Virus record (IMG/VR): IMGVR_UViG_3300014208_000024
Coordinates: 288,001-352,000 of that record
Source: a virus
Lineage: Duplodnaviria > Caudoviricetes
Direction: 5' to 3' (one strand)
DNA: 64,000 bases
Part shown: positions 19,416 through 29,956 of the stretch, piece by piece
Layout: the number at the start of each line of letters is the position of its first letter
How positions within the stretch are numbered: the first letter of the stretch is position 1
Notes under the pieces: generated by a model
What the model saw: only the letters and a program-made list of their open reading frames with translations
The model's database searches: none
Told to the model about the DNA's origin: nothing
Position numbers and translations under genes: made by a program

Positions 19416-19973
19416 ATGGAAATTCTTATTGTAGATATAGAAACCACTGGATATCTTGTAAAAACTGATGCTATCATAGAAATCGGTTTAGTACTCGTAA
19501 ATACAGACACCAATGAAATAAAACCTCTGTTTAACCAAGTTGTTAAAGACGATTTATTTAACATAAACAAACATAAAAACGCCTGGATATTTCAAAATTC
19601 AGATTTGACTCCAGAGGAAGTCCAAAACGCAAAACTTCTCAAAGAACATTATGAAGAAATACAAAGCCTATTCGATAAATATCCAGTGACAGCATTTAAC
19701 AAATCATTTGATGTTAGATTTTTAGAAACAAAAGCATTTAAACTAAATCATATTAAATGTCTTATGATGGCCTGTGTGGACTATGTTTACCTTAAAGATA
19801 AAAGAGGAAATAAAAAAAGACCATCCGTACAAGAAGCTTATGATCACTTTTTTCCAGATGAAAAATACATAGAAAAACATAGAGGGGCTGACGATGCCCT
19901 TCATGAGGCAAAAATTCTTCTTAAAATGTGCGAAATTAAATCTCAAAGAAAAAATAACAAAGATGAAAAATAA
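19416..19973 (+). CDS. DEDDh 3'-5' exonuclease (DnaQ-like)
   Basis: VDIETTG, AFN.SFD..FL, HRGADDA. Confidence 0.85.
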   Translation: MEILIVDIETTGYLVKTDAIIEIGLVLVNTDTNEIKPLFNQVVKDDLFNINKHKNAWIFQNSDLTPEEVQNAKLLKEHYEEIQSLFDKYPVTAFNKSFDVRFLETKAFKLNHIKCLMMACVDYVYLKDKRGNKKRPSVQEAYDHFFPDEKYIEKHRGADDALHEAKILLKMCEIKSQRKNNKDEK

Positions 19974-20322
19974 TTATAAAGCCAAACTTTTCTACGAAAG
20001 AAAACAAAAAGAACATAAAGAAAAATTTGGAGTCTACTTTGATACAAATGCAAAACACGGGCAAATTATACAAGAATATCATAATAAAGAATTGAAAATT
20101 TTAACACTCTATGGATTCTTGTATAATAGTTGTATATTCGAAAGTGCCCCAAAAACCATCAGCATCCATTATACAGAAGAAGGCGCCGAAAAAGCTCTTA
20201 AAAAACATAAAAATAAACTCAGAAAAAAATGGAGAGAAATGTTTTCTCCAGAAGAAAGAAAAGAATATCCGTTTGGAAAACATGAATATTGGGGAATTCA
20301 TGAAATAAACATAAAGCCCTAA
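19963..20322 (+). CDS. Hypothetical protein
   Basis: Start at ATG 19963 overlapping the exonuclease end. Confidence 0.55.
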   Translation: MKNNYKAKLFYERKQKEHKEKFGVYFDTNAKHGQIIQEYHNKELKILTLYGFLYNSCIFESAPKTISIHYTEEGAEKALKKHKNKLRKKWREMFSPEERKEYPFGKHEYWGIHEINIKP

Positions 20323-20328
20323 ATGAGC

Positions 20329-20352
20329 CAGAAACCCCGAAAGGGGTTTTTT
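20329..20352 (+). terminator. Intrinsic terminator
   Basis: AAACCCC-GAAA-GGGGTTTTTT. Confidence 0.8.
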
Positions 20353-20383
20353 AATATATTTATATGAAAGTTTTTAACCCAAA

Positions 20384-21085
20384 ATGAATAGTAGAATAAT
20401 ATACGTACTAATAGGCCCACCAGCTATAGGAAAATCTACCTGGATTAATGCACACACAGATCCAGATAATACCATGGTGATTAACAGAGATGATATAGTG
20501 GAAAATGTTGCAAACTCTTATGGGTGGACATATGACGATTTATATGTATATCCACCAAATGACGCAGAAATTGGAAATGTGGATGAAAAATATGGAGAAG
20601 TTATTCCTGCCCCAGAAAATATGTACTGGAGAAAAACAGTGTTCAATAAAGTTACTGATGGTAACAATAGAGTTTCTGAAATCTTAAATCAAAATTTGGA
20701 AAATGCAAAAACAACAAATAAAAACATTATTGTTGATTTAACAAATATGAGAGTTAAAGATAGATTGGCTTCCCTTGAAAAAATTTCTAACCCCAAAGAT
20801 ATTAAAATAGCAGTGGTATTTAATTTTAAAGGAAAAGAAAATATAATAAAAACAGTTTCTAGAAAAAGAGCTGAAACTGCAGCTCGAATGGGGAAATCTA
20901 AAACAATCCCCGATTCAGCAATAGATAGAATGATCGATAAATATGAACCCCCAACTCCACAAGAAGGATTTGATAAAATTATTTACTCTAATACCATTCC
21001 TCAACTTAAAAAATTCGCTGGACTGAAAGAAGTAAGAAGAATTATTAGAAAAACTATAAACGAATTGTTTGACCGTAATTATTGA
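20384..21085 (+). CDS. P-loop kinase (AAA_33/Pnk-kinase-like)
   Basis: LIGPPAIGKST, INRDD, VDLTN...R, P...EGFD; TATTTATA at 20357-20364. Confidence 0.8.
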   Translation: MNSRIIYVLIGPPAIGKSTWINAHTDPDNTMVINRDDIVENVANSYGWTYDDLYVYPPNDAEIGNVDEKYGEVIPAPENMYWRKTVFNKVTDGNNRVSEILNQNLENAKTTNKNIIVDLTNMRVKDRLASLEKISNPKDIKIAVVFNFKGKENIIKTVSRKRAETAARMGKSKTIPDSAIDRMIDKYEPPTPQEGFDKIIYSNTIPQLKKFAGLKEVRRIIRKTINELFDRNY

Positions 21086-21735
21086 GCCCTACCAACAGCC
21101 CTGTCTATTACTCTATGTCCAGAATAATCTGAATGTTTGGACCCAACTCCAGCAGGAACATGACTCAATCCCATACTTTTCTTTAATAACGGAGACATTA
21201 TATGTGCCTTCCACTTATCTGCCAAATCGCTTTTTTCCTCATCGCTTATTTCTCCACCACTAAAATCTTTTAATGAAATTAGTTTATTGTCTTTTCCAAC
21301 CCTAATTACCCAAGATCCATCTATGTGAAATTCACCCCTGGATTCCTCGTTTAATTCATCCACAATGTCTTTTAAAGTAAATCTGTCCTCTGGCATCTTC
21401 CAAAAGGAAATTATTTTATCGTCAACCCATAAACGACCATTATATTTTGTGTCTTCCATTAATTCTTGTTCATAAGCACTCCAATCACCATCTTCAAAGT
21501 TTTCTAAATTTTTCTCTGTAACTTCTTTATCAATAATGTCATTTATAATATCCCAATGACTTTCTTCTTTATAAAGATAACCTTCATTATCTCTTAAGTG
21601 TAACTTATCTTCATAATAAAGAAAAGGTATAGCTCCACTACTCGTCATATCATACTCTCTACCGTCTGGAGCCATAAAATAATCAATCTCAAATAATTTG
21701 CTAATCTCTTCTCTTATAAGCTTTCTTAAATTCAT
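21079..21735 (-). CDS. Hypothetical late/virion-associated protein
   Basis: Start reassigned to ATG 21735 (MNLRKLIREEI); TATTTATA on the minus strand at 21751-21758. Confidence 0.6.
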   Translation of the reverse strand: MNLRKLIREEISKLFEIDYFMAPDGREYDMTSSGAIPFLYYEDKLHLRDNEGYLYKEESHWDIINDIIDKEVTEKNLENFEDGDWSAYEQELMEDTKYNGRLWVDDKIISFWKMPEDRFTLKDIVDELNEESRGEFHIDGSWVIRVGKDNKLISLKDFSGGEISDEEKSDLADKWKAHIMSPLLKKSMGLSHVPAGVGSKHSDYSGHRVIDRAVGRAQ

Positions 21736-21820
21736 ATTGGGTAATTTTAATATAAATATTTGAAAAAATTTGTTTAATAAATTACTTTTACATATCTTTG
21801 CATTATAAAAACATTTATAT

Positions 21821-22006
21821 ATGCAAAAAATAATATCCGTAAAACCATCCAATCAAAAAGATATTGATGCAATGCAAAATTTGCTCGATGATGGTTACAA
21901 AGTTGTATTCGCAACGCCAAACAAAGTAGCAATCACAGGAAGAGGTTCATCAATTAGTTCTGATGAAATTGAAGGTCATATTGTCTATATCCTTGAAAAA
22001 AATTAA
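21821..22006 (+). CDS. Small hypothetical protein
   Basis: TATCTTTG host-type promoter at 21793-21800. Confidence 0.55.
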   Translation: MQKIISVKPSNQKDIDAMQNLLDDGYKVVFATPNKVAITGRGSSISSDEIEGHIVYILEKN

Positions 22007-22011
22007 TAGCT

Positions 22012-22980
22012 ATGGAATTCATTAAAAACATTAATGGAACTTTTATTCTGAAACCAGAATTTAACCTATTAAAAAATCTTTTAGAAGGTAAAGTAGCTTA
22101 CGAAGTTAAACAAAACATACCAAAAGAAACTTTCTCAGAAATAAACGTGAGAATCACCAACATTGATCTTGGTGGTGTAACTTTTTCAATCGTAAACCCA
22201 CAAGTCCTAGAAAAACTCCCAGAAAAAATTACTTCCACCCTAATCGATAACCTTAAAAAAAATATAGAAAAAACAAAGAAAGTAGCCAATAAAGTTATTG
22301 ATGCCTGGGAGAATAACCCAAAGAAGTTTATTAAAAAAGAACAAAGCTGGGGAAAAATAGTATATGAGTATAAAAAACTCCTAACTGATGATGAATATCA
22401 TACAGGTGCCTTTTTCTTTTTTGACAAAATATCTTACCACTTCGAATTATCTTTTGTAACTGGATGCGGTTCTCATACTTATTACAACAAAGATTATTTC
22501 GTTAAAGCTCTCGAAAAAATAGACCAATGGTTCGAAGATACTTGTAAAATAGTTAAAACTGAAAAAATACAAAAAAGAATATTTAAATATTTATCAAAAA
22601 TTGAAATAAGTTTGTCTTTTCCAGAGGTAATTAAATATATCTCAATCCCCAAAGAAGAAATAAAATTAAAAGAAGAAAAAAAACCCCCATTCCCCATTGT
22701 TTTAAATGGAGATGAATTAAATTCTATTCTTTCAGCATTTGATGGTGGAATTATTGATCAAGAATTTATTGATATCATAAAGGAAGAATATGATATAGAC
22801 ATTTCTTCATTGTTAGATTGGGAACTATCATCAACCACCGAAGGATATCACCATAATGATGGAGATTTTTGTGACTATACCGTCACATTCACCTCCCCAA
22901 ATGGTCATTCTTATGAATTATACAATAGCCACTGCTTAGTTACTGGATACACATTTTCTGGAAAATTAATACCTGAATAA
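22012..22980 (+). CDS. Hypothetical protein
   Basis: 322-aa ORF in an operon. Confidence 0.65.
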   Translation: MEFIKNINGTFILKPEFNLLKNLLEGKVAYEVKQNIPKETFSEINVRITNIDLGGVTFSIVNPQVLEKLPEKITSTLIDNLKKNIEKTKKVANKVIDAWENNPKKFIKKEQSWGKIVYEYKKLLTDDEYHTGAFFFFDKISYHFELSFVTGCGSHTYYNKDYFVKALEKIDQWFEDTCKIVKTEKIQKRIFKYLSKIEISLSFPEVIKYISIPKEEIKLKEEKKPPFPIVLNGDELNSILSAFDGGIIDQEFIDIIKEEYDIDISSLLDWELSSTTEGYHHNDGDFCDYTVTFTSPNGHSYELYNSHCLVTGYTFSGKLIPE

Positions 22981-23013
22981 AATATACAAATCTTATAAAA
23001 AACAAAATACTAT

Positions 23014-23430
23014 ATGAACAGAGAAGAAATTAAAAAAGTAGACCTGGATAGATCTGGATTACTATATGGCTTAAGTGGAATAAATTACGATACCATTAAA
23101 AGCTATATGCAACAAATTGATTATGATAGACCAAAATATGCAGAAACAATTCAAGCTATCGCCCCAGCCATTAGAAGAACTTTATGTGAAATATTAGACA
23201 CAAAAGATCAAATGATACCAATAATAAATGACCAAAAATTAAAAATTGATGTGATGGGGTTATTTAGAGTAAATGATTTAATAGACGGATTAGATGGGCT
23301 ATATTCAGTAATCCCATCTATTGCAAATCATTTCAAAGCCACTGATATTGAAGCTGAACTAGTCAGTTTGTTTTGTAGCGACTATGTTAGAACACTTATA
23401 GGAAACAGTAGAAAAATAAATAACAAATAA
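23014..23430 (+). CDS. Hypothetical protein
   Basis: ORF in an operon. Confidence 0.6.
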   Translation: MNREEIKKVDLDRSGLLYGLSGINYDTIKSYMQQIDYDRPKYAETIQAIAPAIRRTLCEILDTKDQMIPIINDQKLKIDVMGLFRVNDLIDGLDGLYSVIPSIANHFKATDIEAELVSLFCSDYVRTLIGNSRKINNK

Positions 23431-23431
23431 T

Positions 23432-23950
23432 ATGGAAGAAATCGATTTTAAACAGTGCTGTGCAATAGAAATTAGAAAAATTTGGATGTTGGCTGGTCCA
23501 ATGGATGTTGTTAGATATGAAAATAAATGTCCAATATGTGATCACTATATCGGATTAACCCAAACTTCTTTCGAAGAAGCTAACGAATTCTTGGAAAAAT
23601 TTAATCTGGAAAAATTGCCAGCAAAATTTGACCCCAGCAAAATTGCAAAAATAAAACCCAACAAAGAACATGTCACCAAACTTATTGACTTTATATTTCA
23701 CGAAGTAATATCTTCTGGAGGTGACGGTGATGCAATCTTGTATACAAGACTTTTTGACCTAAATGAAATTATTGACATCGTAAAAGAATATAATGAAGTT
23801 AATAATATCGGTTGGGAAATTAATGAAGATAAATCAAGAGGTTCCCGCATATTTAGTTGGGGAAAATATCAAGAATGGGTTTCAATAACCGATAGCAAAA
23901 CTGCGTTTGATCAATCCCCAGAATGGATTCAAATTAAAATTATATATTAA
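23432..23950 (+). CDS. Hypothetical protein
   Basis: ORF in an operon, CPIC motif. Confidence 0.6.
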   Translation: MEEIDFKQCCAIEIRKIWMLAGPMDVVRYENKCPICDHYIGLTQTSFEEANEFLEKFNLEKLPAKFDPSKIAKIKPNKEHVTKLIDFIFHEVISSGGDGDAILYTRLFDLNEIIDIVKEYNEVNNIGWEINEDKSRGSRIFSWGKYQEWVSITDSKTAFDQSPEWIQIKIIY

Positions 23951-23951
23951 A

Positions 23952-24197
23952 ATGAAACCCCCACTATTTGACCCATTATTACATAGAGTAAAATGGGAAC
24001 CAGAAATGTCAGACAAAGAAGTTGTCGAATATTACTATAAACACATCCGCCCAAATGATAAGTGGGAAGAAGAAAATGGAAAATTCTATTATTTTGTTGA
24101 AGATTACAATATGTTCTTCGAACATTCTGGATCAGATATTTTTATGTGTATGAGACCAGCAGTTTTTGCTCACATTAAGAAGGTGCAAAATTTATAG
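23952..24197 (+). CDS. Hypothetical protein
   Basis: Start at ATG 23952 after the upstream stop. Confidence 0.5.
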   Translation: MKPPLFDPLLHRVKWEPEMSDKEVVEYYYKHIRPNDKWEEENGKFYYFVEDYNMFFEHSGSDIFMCMRPAVFAHIKKVQNL

Positions 24198-24272
24198 AAA
24201 AATCATTTTTTATTTTGATAATTATAATTTTTTTATTTCTTTTGCAGAACCTAGTTTCATTAAATATAAGTC

Positions 24273-26009
24273 ATGGGAAAAAAACCAAAAAAAATTTTCA
24301 CAAAGGAAGAATGTGCAGAAATTGTAAGTAAATGTAAAACAATTTCAGATTTTAGTATTAATTTTTTTCCAGCCTATTATTGTGCAAAAAAAAACAATTG
24401 GCTTGATGAAATTTGTTCTCATATGAAAATCACATTTACAAAAAAATATTGGACAAAAGAATTATGTCAAAAAGAAGCAGATAAATATTCTACAAGAGGA
24501 GAATTTGTTAATAATAGTAGTGGTGCATATTGTGCCGCTATTAGAAACGGTTGGCTTGATGAAATTTGTTCTCACATGATTAGATTGGTGCCAATAAGAG
24601 GATATTGGCAAATTAAAGAAAATTGTATTAAAGCTGCATTAAGTTGTGAAAATATAAAAGAATTCAGACAAAAATATAAAACTGCAAATAACTCTTTTAT
24701 AAAAAATGGATGGGTAAAAGAATTAAATAATATCTTTCAAAAAGACTATAAAAAAGATTTTAGATTTAAAGAAAATTGTATTGAAGCTGCTTTAAATTGT
24801 AAAACAAGAACTGAATTTAGAGATAAATACAGGGGGGCTTATAAATCTGCAAAAAAAAATGGCTGGTTATATGAAATTTATCAATTATTTCCAATTGTGG
24901 GAAATAAATATAAAAGATTAATATATGCTGTTGAATTCCCAGATAATAATGTATATATAGGATTAACATATAATCTTAAAATAAGAATGATTCAACACAC
25001 ATGTTCAAAAAGGTCTCAAGTATATAAACATATACAAAAAACTCAATTAAAACCTTTTTTTAAAGAGTGTACAGAATTTATGGATATAACAGATGCTACA
25101 ATTTATGAAGGAAAAATATTAAATTCATATATAAAAAATGGTTGGAATATTTTAAATAAAGCAAAGACAGGAGGTTTGGGAGGAAATAATAAAAGAGAGT
25201 ATGAAAAAGAAGATTGTCTTAATATTGCATTAATGTTCCTTTCTAAAGAAGAATTTAATGCAAATTATCCGAAAATATATAGAGCAGCTTATAAGTTTGG
25301 GTGGTTAGATGAAATATGTTCTCATATGGAAATAAAAAGTAAAAAAGAAATATTTTTTATTGAATCATTAAAATATAGTTCCAGAAGAGAACTTCGCTTA
25401 AATAACATAAACCTTTATAATAAAATATTAATAAATAAGTGGATGGATGAGTTTTTTTCTAAAAAACAAATTACAAAAGAAGAATGTCAAAAAATCGCAA
25501 ATCAATATGTTTTATTTGATAAATTTAAAGAAGAGAATTTAAAAATTTTTTATTTTTTAAAGAAAAATGGATGGACAAAAGAAGTTACAAAAAAATTAAA
25601 AAAAATAAGAGTAAATTGGAATATAAAAGAAAAATGTCACCAAGAAGCTCTTAAATATAAAACCAGATTTGAATTTGGTAGAAAATCTTCACAAGCATAT
25701 AAAGCTTCATATAAAAATGGTTGGCTTGATGAAATATGTTCTCACATGATAGAAATTAGAAAACCAAAAAAATATTGGAATAAAGAAACTTGTTTAAAAG
25801 CAGCTTTAGAATGTCATAATTCAAAAGATTTTTGCAAAAAATATCCCCGTGCATACAGAATAGCTTGTGAGAATAAATGGATGAAAGAAATAAAAGAAAA
25901 TTGGAAACTATTAAAAAACAATTCTAATATTGTTAATGAATTTATACCAGTGTTTTCACAAACAGAAAACTCAAAACAACTGGTTCTAAATTTTGACCAA
26001 AAAAATTAG
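24273..26009 (+). CDS. Repeat-rich putative endonuclease with a central GIY-YIG module
   Basis: Many KE.C...A......F......AY......GWL.EI repeats flanking LIYAVEF...VYIGLT...R..QH. Confidence 0.7.
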   Translation: MGKKPKKIFTKEECAEIVSKCKTISDFSINFFPAYYCAKKNNWLDEICSHMKITFTKKYWTKELCQKEADKYSTRGEFVNNSSGAYCAAIRNGWLDEICSHMIRLVPIRGYWQIKENCIKAALSCENIKEFRQKYKTANNSFIKNGWVKELNNIFQKDYKKDFRFKENCIEAALNCKTRTEFRDKYRGAYKSAKKNGWLYEIYQLFPIVGNKYKRLIYAVEFPDNNVYIGLTYNLKIRMIQHTCSKRSQVYKHIQKTQLKPFFKECTEFMDITDATIYEGKILNSYIKNGWNILNKAKTGGLGGNNKREYEKEDCLNIALMFLSKEEFNANYPKIYRAAYKFGWLDEICSHMEIKSKKEIFFIESLKYSSRRELRLNNINLYNKILINKWMDEFFSKKQITKEECQKIANQYVLFDKFKEENLKIFYFLKKNGWTKEVTKKLKKIRVNWNIKEKCHQEALKYKTRFEFGRKSSQAYKASYKNGWLDEICSHMIEIRKPKKYWNKETCLKAALECHNSKDFCKKYPRAYRIACENKWMKEIKENWKLLKNNSNIVNEFIPVFSQTENSKQLVLNFDQKN

Positions 26010-26176
26010 AAAAAAATTTTTTGACAGAACTAATTATAAAAACCAATATGTTTTTTTCCGCTGTCCAAAAAGGTGCAAATTTTAACCAAAAATTTTGGGA
26101 AAAAATTTTTTTAAGGTCTTAACTTTAAAAAAACAAAAAGATTTTCAAGCTATGCCTTTAATTAAACAGAATTTAA

Positions 26177-28528
26177 ATGTGCCAAAGTTGTGATAAAAAT
26201 TCAACTGTAAAAAAAAGAACAGTTATAGTTACAGATGAAAATGTGTTTTCAAAAAACTTTCCAGAACTACTAATAGAATGGGATTGGGATAAAAACAACG
26301 CATTAGAAATTTTTCCAGATAAAATAACAAAATCAAATTCAAAAAAAGTTTGGTGGATCTGTAAAGATTGTGGATACGAATGGAATACAATCATATCAAC
26401 TAGAACAAAATATAAATCTGGATGTCCAAAATGTAATATAGGACTTTTTAATAAATATGGAGATAACTATATATCCATTAATTATCCACATCTGCTTAAA
26501 GAATGGGATTATGAAAAAAACAACCCATTAACCCCAGATAAATATAAAGCATTTACAAATCATGTTGTTTGGTGGATTTGTCCAGACTGTGGCCATAGCT
26601 ATCAAGAATATATTTATAAAAGAACAAAATTTAATCTTGGGTGTAAAATATGTAGAAAAAAAGAAAAAATTCTAAGGTCAAGAATTGTAAAATGTGTTAA
26701 TTGTGGAAATGATTTTGATTATAAATTAGATTTTGGATGGAATGATTCAAAAAAAAATCATGACAAATGCAAAAAATGCCATGAAAAATTAATAAAACAA
26801 AGAATTGAAAATGTAAAAACTAAAAAAGAATTATTAAAGAAAACAAGAAATAAAACAAAAGAAATAAAAAAATTAAAAAACTCTAATCCAGAATTATTTA
26901 AAAGTCTTCATCCAACAAAAAATGTTGGAGTAGATTTTGAAAACATTCTTCATAACTCTGAAAAAAAATATTATTGGATTTGTACAAATTGTAAAAGAGA
27001 AATGTTTGAAAGTGTTTCTACAATGGTAAAAAAAGTTGTTTGTAGAAAATGTGTTTCCAAAAGAGCATCTGGAATAGAAAGAAAATTTTATTTCTTTATA
27101 GAAAGCGTTTTGGGGGAAAATAATGTTGAAAACACTTATAATTTTACAACCATAGATAATAAAAAAATAGAGATAGACATATATATTCATCCTCTAAAAT
27201 TGGGAATTGAATATGATGGAGCTTACTTTCATAATAACAAACATGAAGCTGATATAAAAAAAACAAAAATATTGAACTCTCATGGAATTGACGTTATCAG
27301 AATTAGAGAAATCGGATTAAGTAAAATAAGAGAAGAAGATATAATATACAATTATAAGAAAAATAAATTTTCTAAAGCTCTTGTAGAATTGTTTTGGTAT
27401 ATTCAAAGAAAATATAAACTTACAATAGAACAAGGAGATATCTTGAAAAATTTTTTAAAACAAGATTTAAACAACTATGTTCTTCCAAAAGAATATCTTG
27501 TTTACCCACTTAAAAAAAACTCTCTCATGCAAAAAAATCCACATTTATCAAAATTGTGGCACTATGAAAAAAATCATCCATTAAAACCAGAAATGGTTTC
27601 TTTTAATTACTCAAAAAAATTGTGGTTTCATTGTAAAAACTGCGCAGAGCCAGTCAATGCTTTAATATACGATTTGTTAAATGGACTCCATTGGGGATTA
27701 TGTAAAGAATGTTCAAATATAAAAAGAAAAACAAAATCTATTGTTAAAAATATTATTGACTTTAGACCTGAATTAATTAATTGGTTTATTAAAGAAAAAA
27801 ATAGAGATTATAAAACATATGGAAAGTCTTCTGATGAAAAATTATGGTGGAGATGTCCAGAGTGTGGAGAAGAATTTTTAGAAGAAGCAAGAGTAATGGT
27901 AAACAAAAAAATAAAAAATTTATGTCCTAATCGCAAGAATCACAAAGATTGGATAGACACTGAAGAATTCTATAAAAGAACTAAAAAAAAATATAGTGAA
28001 AAAAATAAGACAATAACCAGTAGAAACAAAAAGTTGGATATCAAATATCCACAAGTATTATGTCAATGGGACTGGGATAAAAATATAACTACCCCAGATA
28101 AAGTTCAAAAATATGATGACATTTTAATTTGGTGGAAATGCTCAAAATGTGGACACTCCTGGCAAGAAACACCATTCAACAGAATTTCATATCATGAAAA
28201 TTGCCCTAAATGTAATCCTAAATATAATGAAAAAAGTGTCTATGGATATAAATTTTGTACACTTAAAAAAACATCCCTACTTGCAAAATCCCCTAAAATT
28301 GCAAAAGATTGGGATATTGAAAAAAATCATAATGTAGACGCAAGCCATGTTTCTAATATTTATTCAGATAAAGTATTTTGGAAATGTCACAAGTGTGGTC
28401 ATTCATGGGAAGAATCTGTTTACAACAGAACTAGAAAAGATAGAGTCACAAGTTGTAATTGTCCTGGGTGTGAACATAGAGCAAAACCTGTAGATAATTT
28501 AAAAAAAAATAAAGGTGCCAAATTTTGA
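26177..28528 (+). CDS. Multi zinc-ribbon (DUF4379-like) protein with central PD-(D/E)xK endonuclease domain
   Basis: Repeated PEL..EWD.EKN...VWW.C..CG.W units; EIDIYI...GIEYDG.YFH nuclease motif. Confidence 0.8.
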   Translation: MCQSCDKNSTVKKRTVIVTDENVFSKNFPELLIEWDWDKNNALEIFPDKITKSNSKKVWWICKDCGYEWNTIISTRTKYKSGCPKCNIGLFNKYGDNYISINYPHLLKEWDYEKNNPLTPDKYKAFTNHVVWWICPDCGHSYQEYIYKRTKFNLGCKICRKKEKILRSRIVKCVNCGNDFDYKLDFGWNDSKKNHDKCKKCHEKLIKQRIENVKTKKELLKKTRNKTKEIKKLKNSNPELFKSLHPTKNVGVDFENILHNSEKKYYWICTNCKREMFESVSTMVKKVVCRKCVSKRASGIERKFYFFIESVLGENNVENTYNFTTIDNKKIEIDIYIHPLKLGIEYDGAYFHNNKHEADIKKTKILNSHGIDVIRIREIGLSKIREEDIIYNYKKNKFSKALVELFWYIQRKYKLTIEQGDILKNFLKQDLNNYVLPKEYLVYPLKKNSLMQKNPHLSKLWHYEKNHPLKPEMVSFNYSKKLWFHCKNCAEPVNALIYDLLNGLHWGLCKECSNIKRKTKSIVKNIIDFRPELINWFIKEKNRDYKTYGKSSDEKLWWRCPECGEEFLEEARVMVNKKIKNLCPNRKNHKDWIDTEEFYKRTKKKYSEKNKTITSRNKKLDIKYPQVLCQWDWDKNITTPDKVQKYDDILIWWKCSKCGHSWQETPFNRISYHENCPKCNPKYNEKSVYGYKFCTLKKTSLLAKSPKIAKDWDIEKNHNVDASHVSNIYSDKVFWKCHKCGHSWEESVYNRTRKDRVTSCNCPGCEHRAKPVDNLKKNKGAKF

Positions 28529-28559
28529 CCAAAAAATTGGGGAAAAAAATTTTTTTAGA

Positions 28560-28770
28560 CTCACTTTTAAATAAAATGTCCCTAAAAAAGGTGTTTTTCA
28601 GTGGTTTTAAATCGCTGGTTGGGGTGGCAAAAAAAATGTATGCGGTCTGGGACGGGGTATATTTAAGGGGTCTAAACTACCCTTATTATCGTGCCGAAGG
28701 GGTCTAATTAGTGGGTCTATTTAAGGGGTCTAATCTATATAGGGGGTTTAAATTAACCCCCTTATTCTTT
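28560..28770. repeat. G-rich non-coding repeat patch
   Basis: AAGGGGTCTAA x3 (two as TTTAAGGGGTCTAA) and related GGGGT words in an otherwise AT-rich genome. Confidence 0.55.
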
Positions 28771-28777
28771 AGCCACC

Positions 28778-28951
28778 TTACAGGCTTTTGTACTCATTCA
28801 TTAACCTGTCATACTCAGGTTCGTCAATACCTTTTAATTCGTTGAGGAATTTTGCGGTGAACTTTGCTTTTTCAGCTTTTGATTCCTGTCCGCTTTTGAT
28901 CTTTTTAATTCTCTCTTTGATGTAGCGTGAGATTTCGATTGAGCCTGCCAT
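28778..28951 (-). CDS. Small hypothetical protein (only minus-strand gene with a class-1 promoter)
   Basis: Start ATG 28951 behind an inverted class-1 promoter at 28981-29010. Confidence 0.6.
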   Translation of the reverse strand: MAGSIEISRYIKERIKKIKSGQESKAEKAKFTAKFLNELKGIDEPEYDRLMNEYKSL

Positions 28952-29065
28952 AACTTTTGGTTTTAATTGGTTTATGGATCTATAAAGCAAATAAAAATAA
29001 AAAGTGGGAACGTACCACTTTATTAAATAATTTGCTTTATATACTCAACCAATAACTTTAACACT

Positions 29066-29506
29066 ATGGATAATTACGAAAAATCAAACAGTATTGAGGC
29101 TTTGCCCAATGTAAAATTTTCAAGTACAAAAACTCTTTTTTCTTATATGAGGGAAAAAGGCGTGGTAACTCAAGACGACTTGCAAAGAGTAGCAGACGCT
29201 ATATGCAATGATTTAAAAGTATCAAAGGTAAATATTATCTTTGGGGGCGTACAAAACAATACAAGGGTAAATGGCAAACTCAAATCAAAAACTCTCGGTA
29301 CTTATAACACAGGGTCAACAAACATAAGAATTTTTCAATTTACTGCTGTAAAAAAACAGGCGGTTGCCACGAAAACAACCTTTGACACCTTGCTTCACGA
29401 ATTAATGCACCATTTCGACTATAAGATATTAAATTTACAACAGTCAATTCATTCGGGGGGCTTTTACAAAAGAATAGGAAATTTAAAAACTGCTTTGTTA
29501 AGTTAA
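29066..29506 (+). CDS. SprT-like Zn metalloprotease-domain protein
   Basis: TLLHELMHH (HExxH), H...FY.R. Confidence 0.7.
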   Translation: MDNYEKSNSIEALPNVKFSSTKTLFSYMREKGVVTQDDLQRVADAICNDLKVSKVNIIFGGVQNNTRVNGKLKSKTLGTYNTGSTNIRIFQFTAVKKQAVATKTTFDTLLHELMHHFDYKILNLQQSIHSGGFYKRIGNLKTALLS

Positions 29507-29650
29507 GGGAAAGGGGGCAACCCCTTTTTTTATTTTCTTTTTTTTAATTTCTGTTTTGTAGTAAACCAATAGACAAAAATACAAAAAGGTCAATTCCCAC
29601 TTTTTCAGAAAATTTGCTTTATATACTCACCAACCAACCAAACCAAAAAT

Positions 29651-29956
29651 ATGAAAACAATCGTAACGCCTTTCGAGCAGGCACAGGAAGCTGTCCGCAA
29701 TGGAAAACTGACAACCCCAACAGTTGTTGCAGAGGGAAAACAAATCGATTATTTCGGTTATCAGATCAGTGTTCACAGGTTTAATCTGAGAATAATGGCA
29801 GGGGATATGAAATTCAGGGGCGTCAAATTAAGAGATTTAAAGAATTATTACGGTCTGACAGGTCGCAGTGCAAGTGAATGCCTTGCACAGTTTGAAAATG
29901 TAGTAGCGGACTATCGCAGGCGGTTCAATCTACTGCAATCAGTAAACAAAAATTAA
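29651..29956 (+). CDS. Hypothetical early protein
   Basis: Own class-1 promoter and terminator. Confidence 0.65.
   Translation: MKTIVTPFEQAQEAVRNGKLTTPTVVAEGKQIDYFGYQISVHRFNLRIMAGDMKFRGVKLRDLKNYYGLTGRSASECLAQFENVVADYRRRFNLLQSVNKN

Larger units (their letters stand above)
24180..28558 (+). repeat. Imperfect direct repeats bracketing two nuclease genes
   Basis: AAGGTGC(C)AAATTTT(G/A)ACCAAAAA..TTGGG..AAAAAATTTTTT at 26069-26114 and 28511-28558; partial copies at ~24180 and ~25988. Confidence 0.6.
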
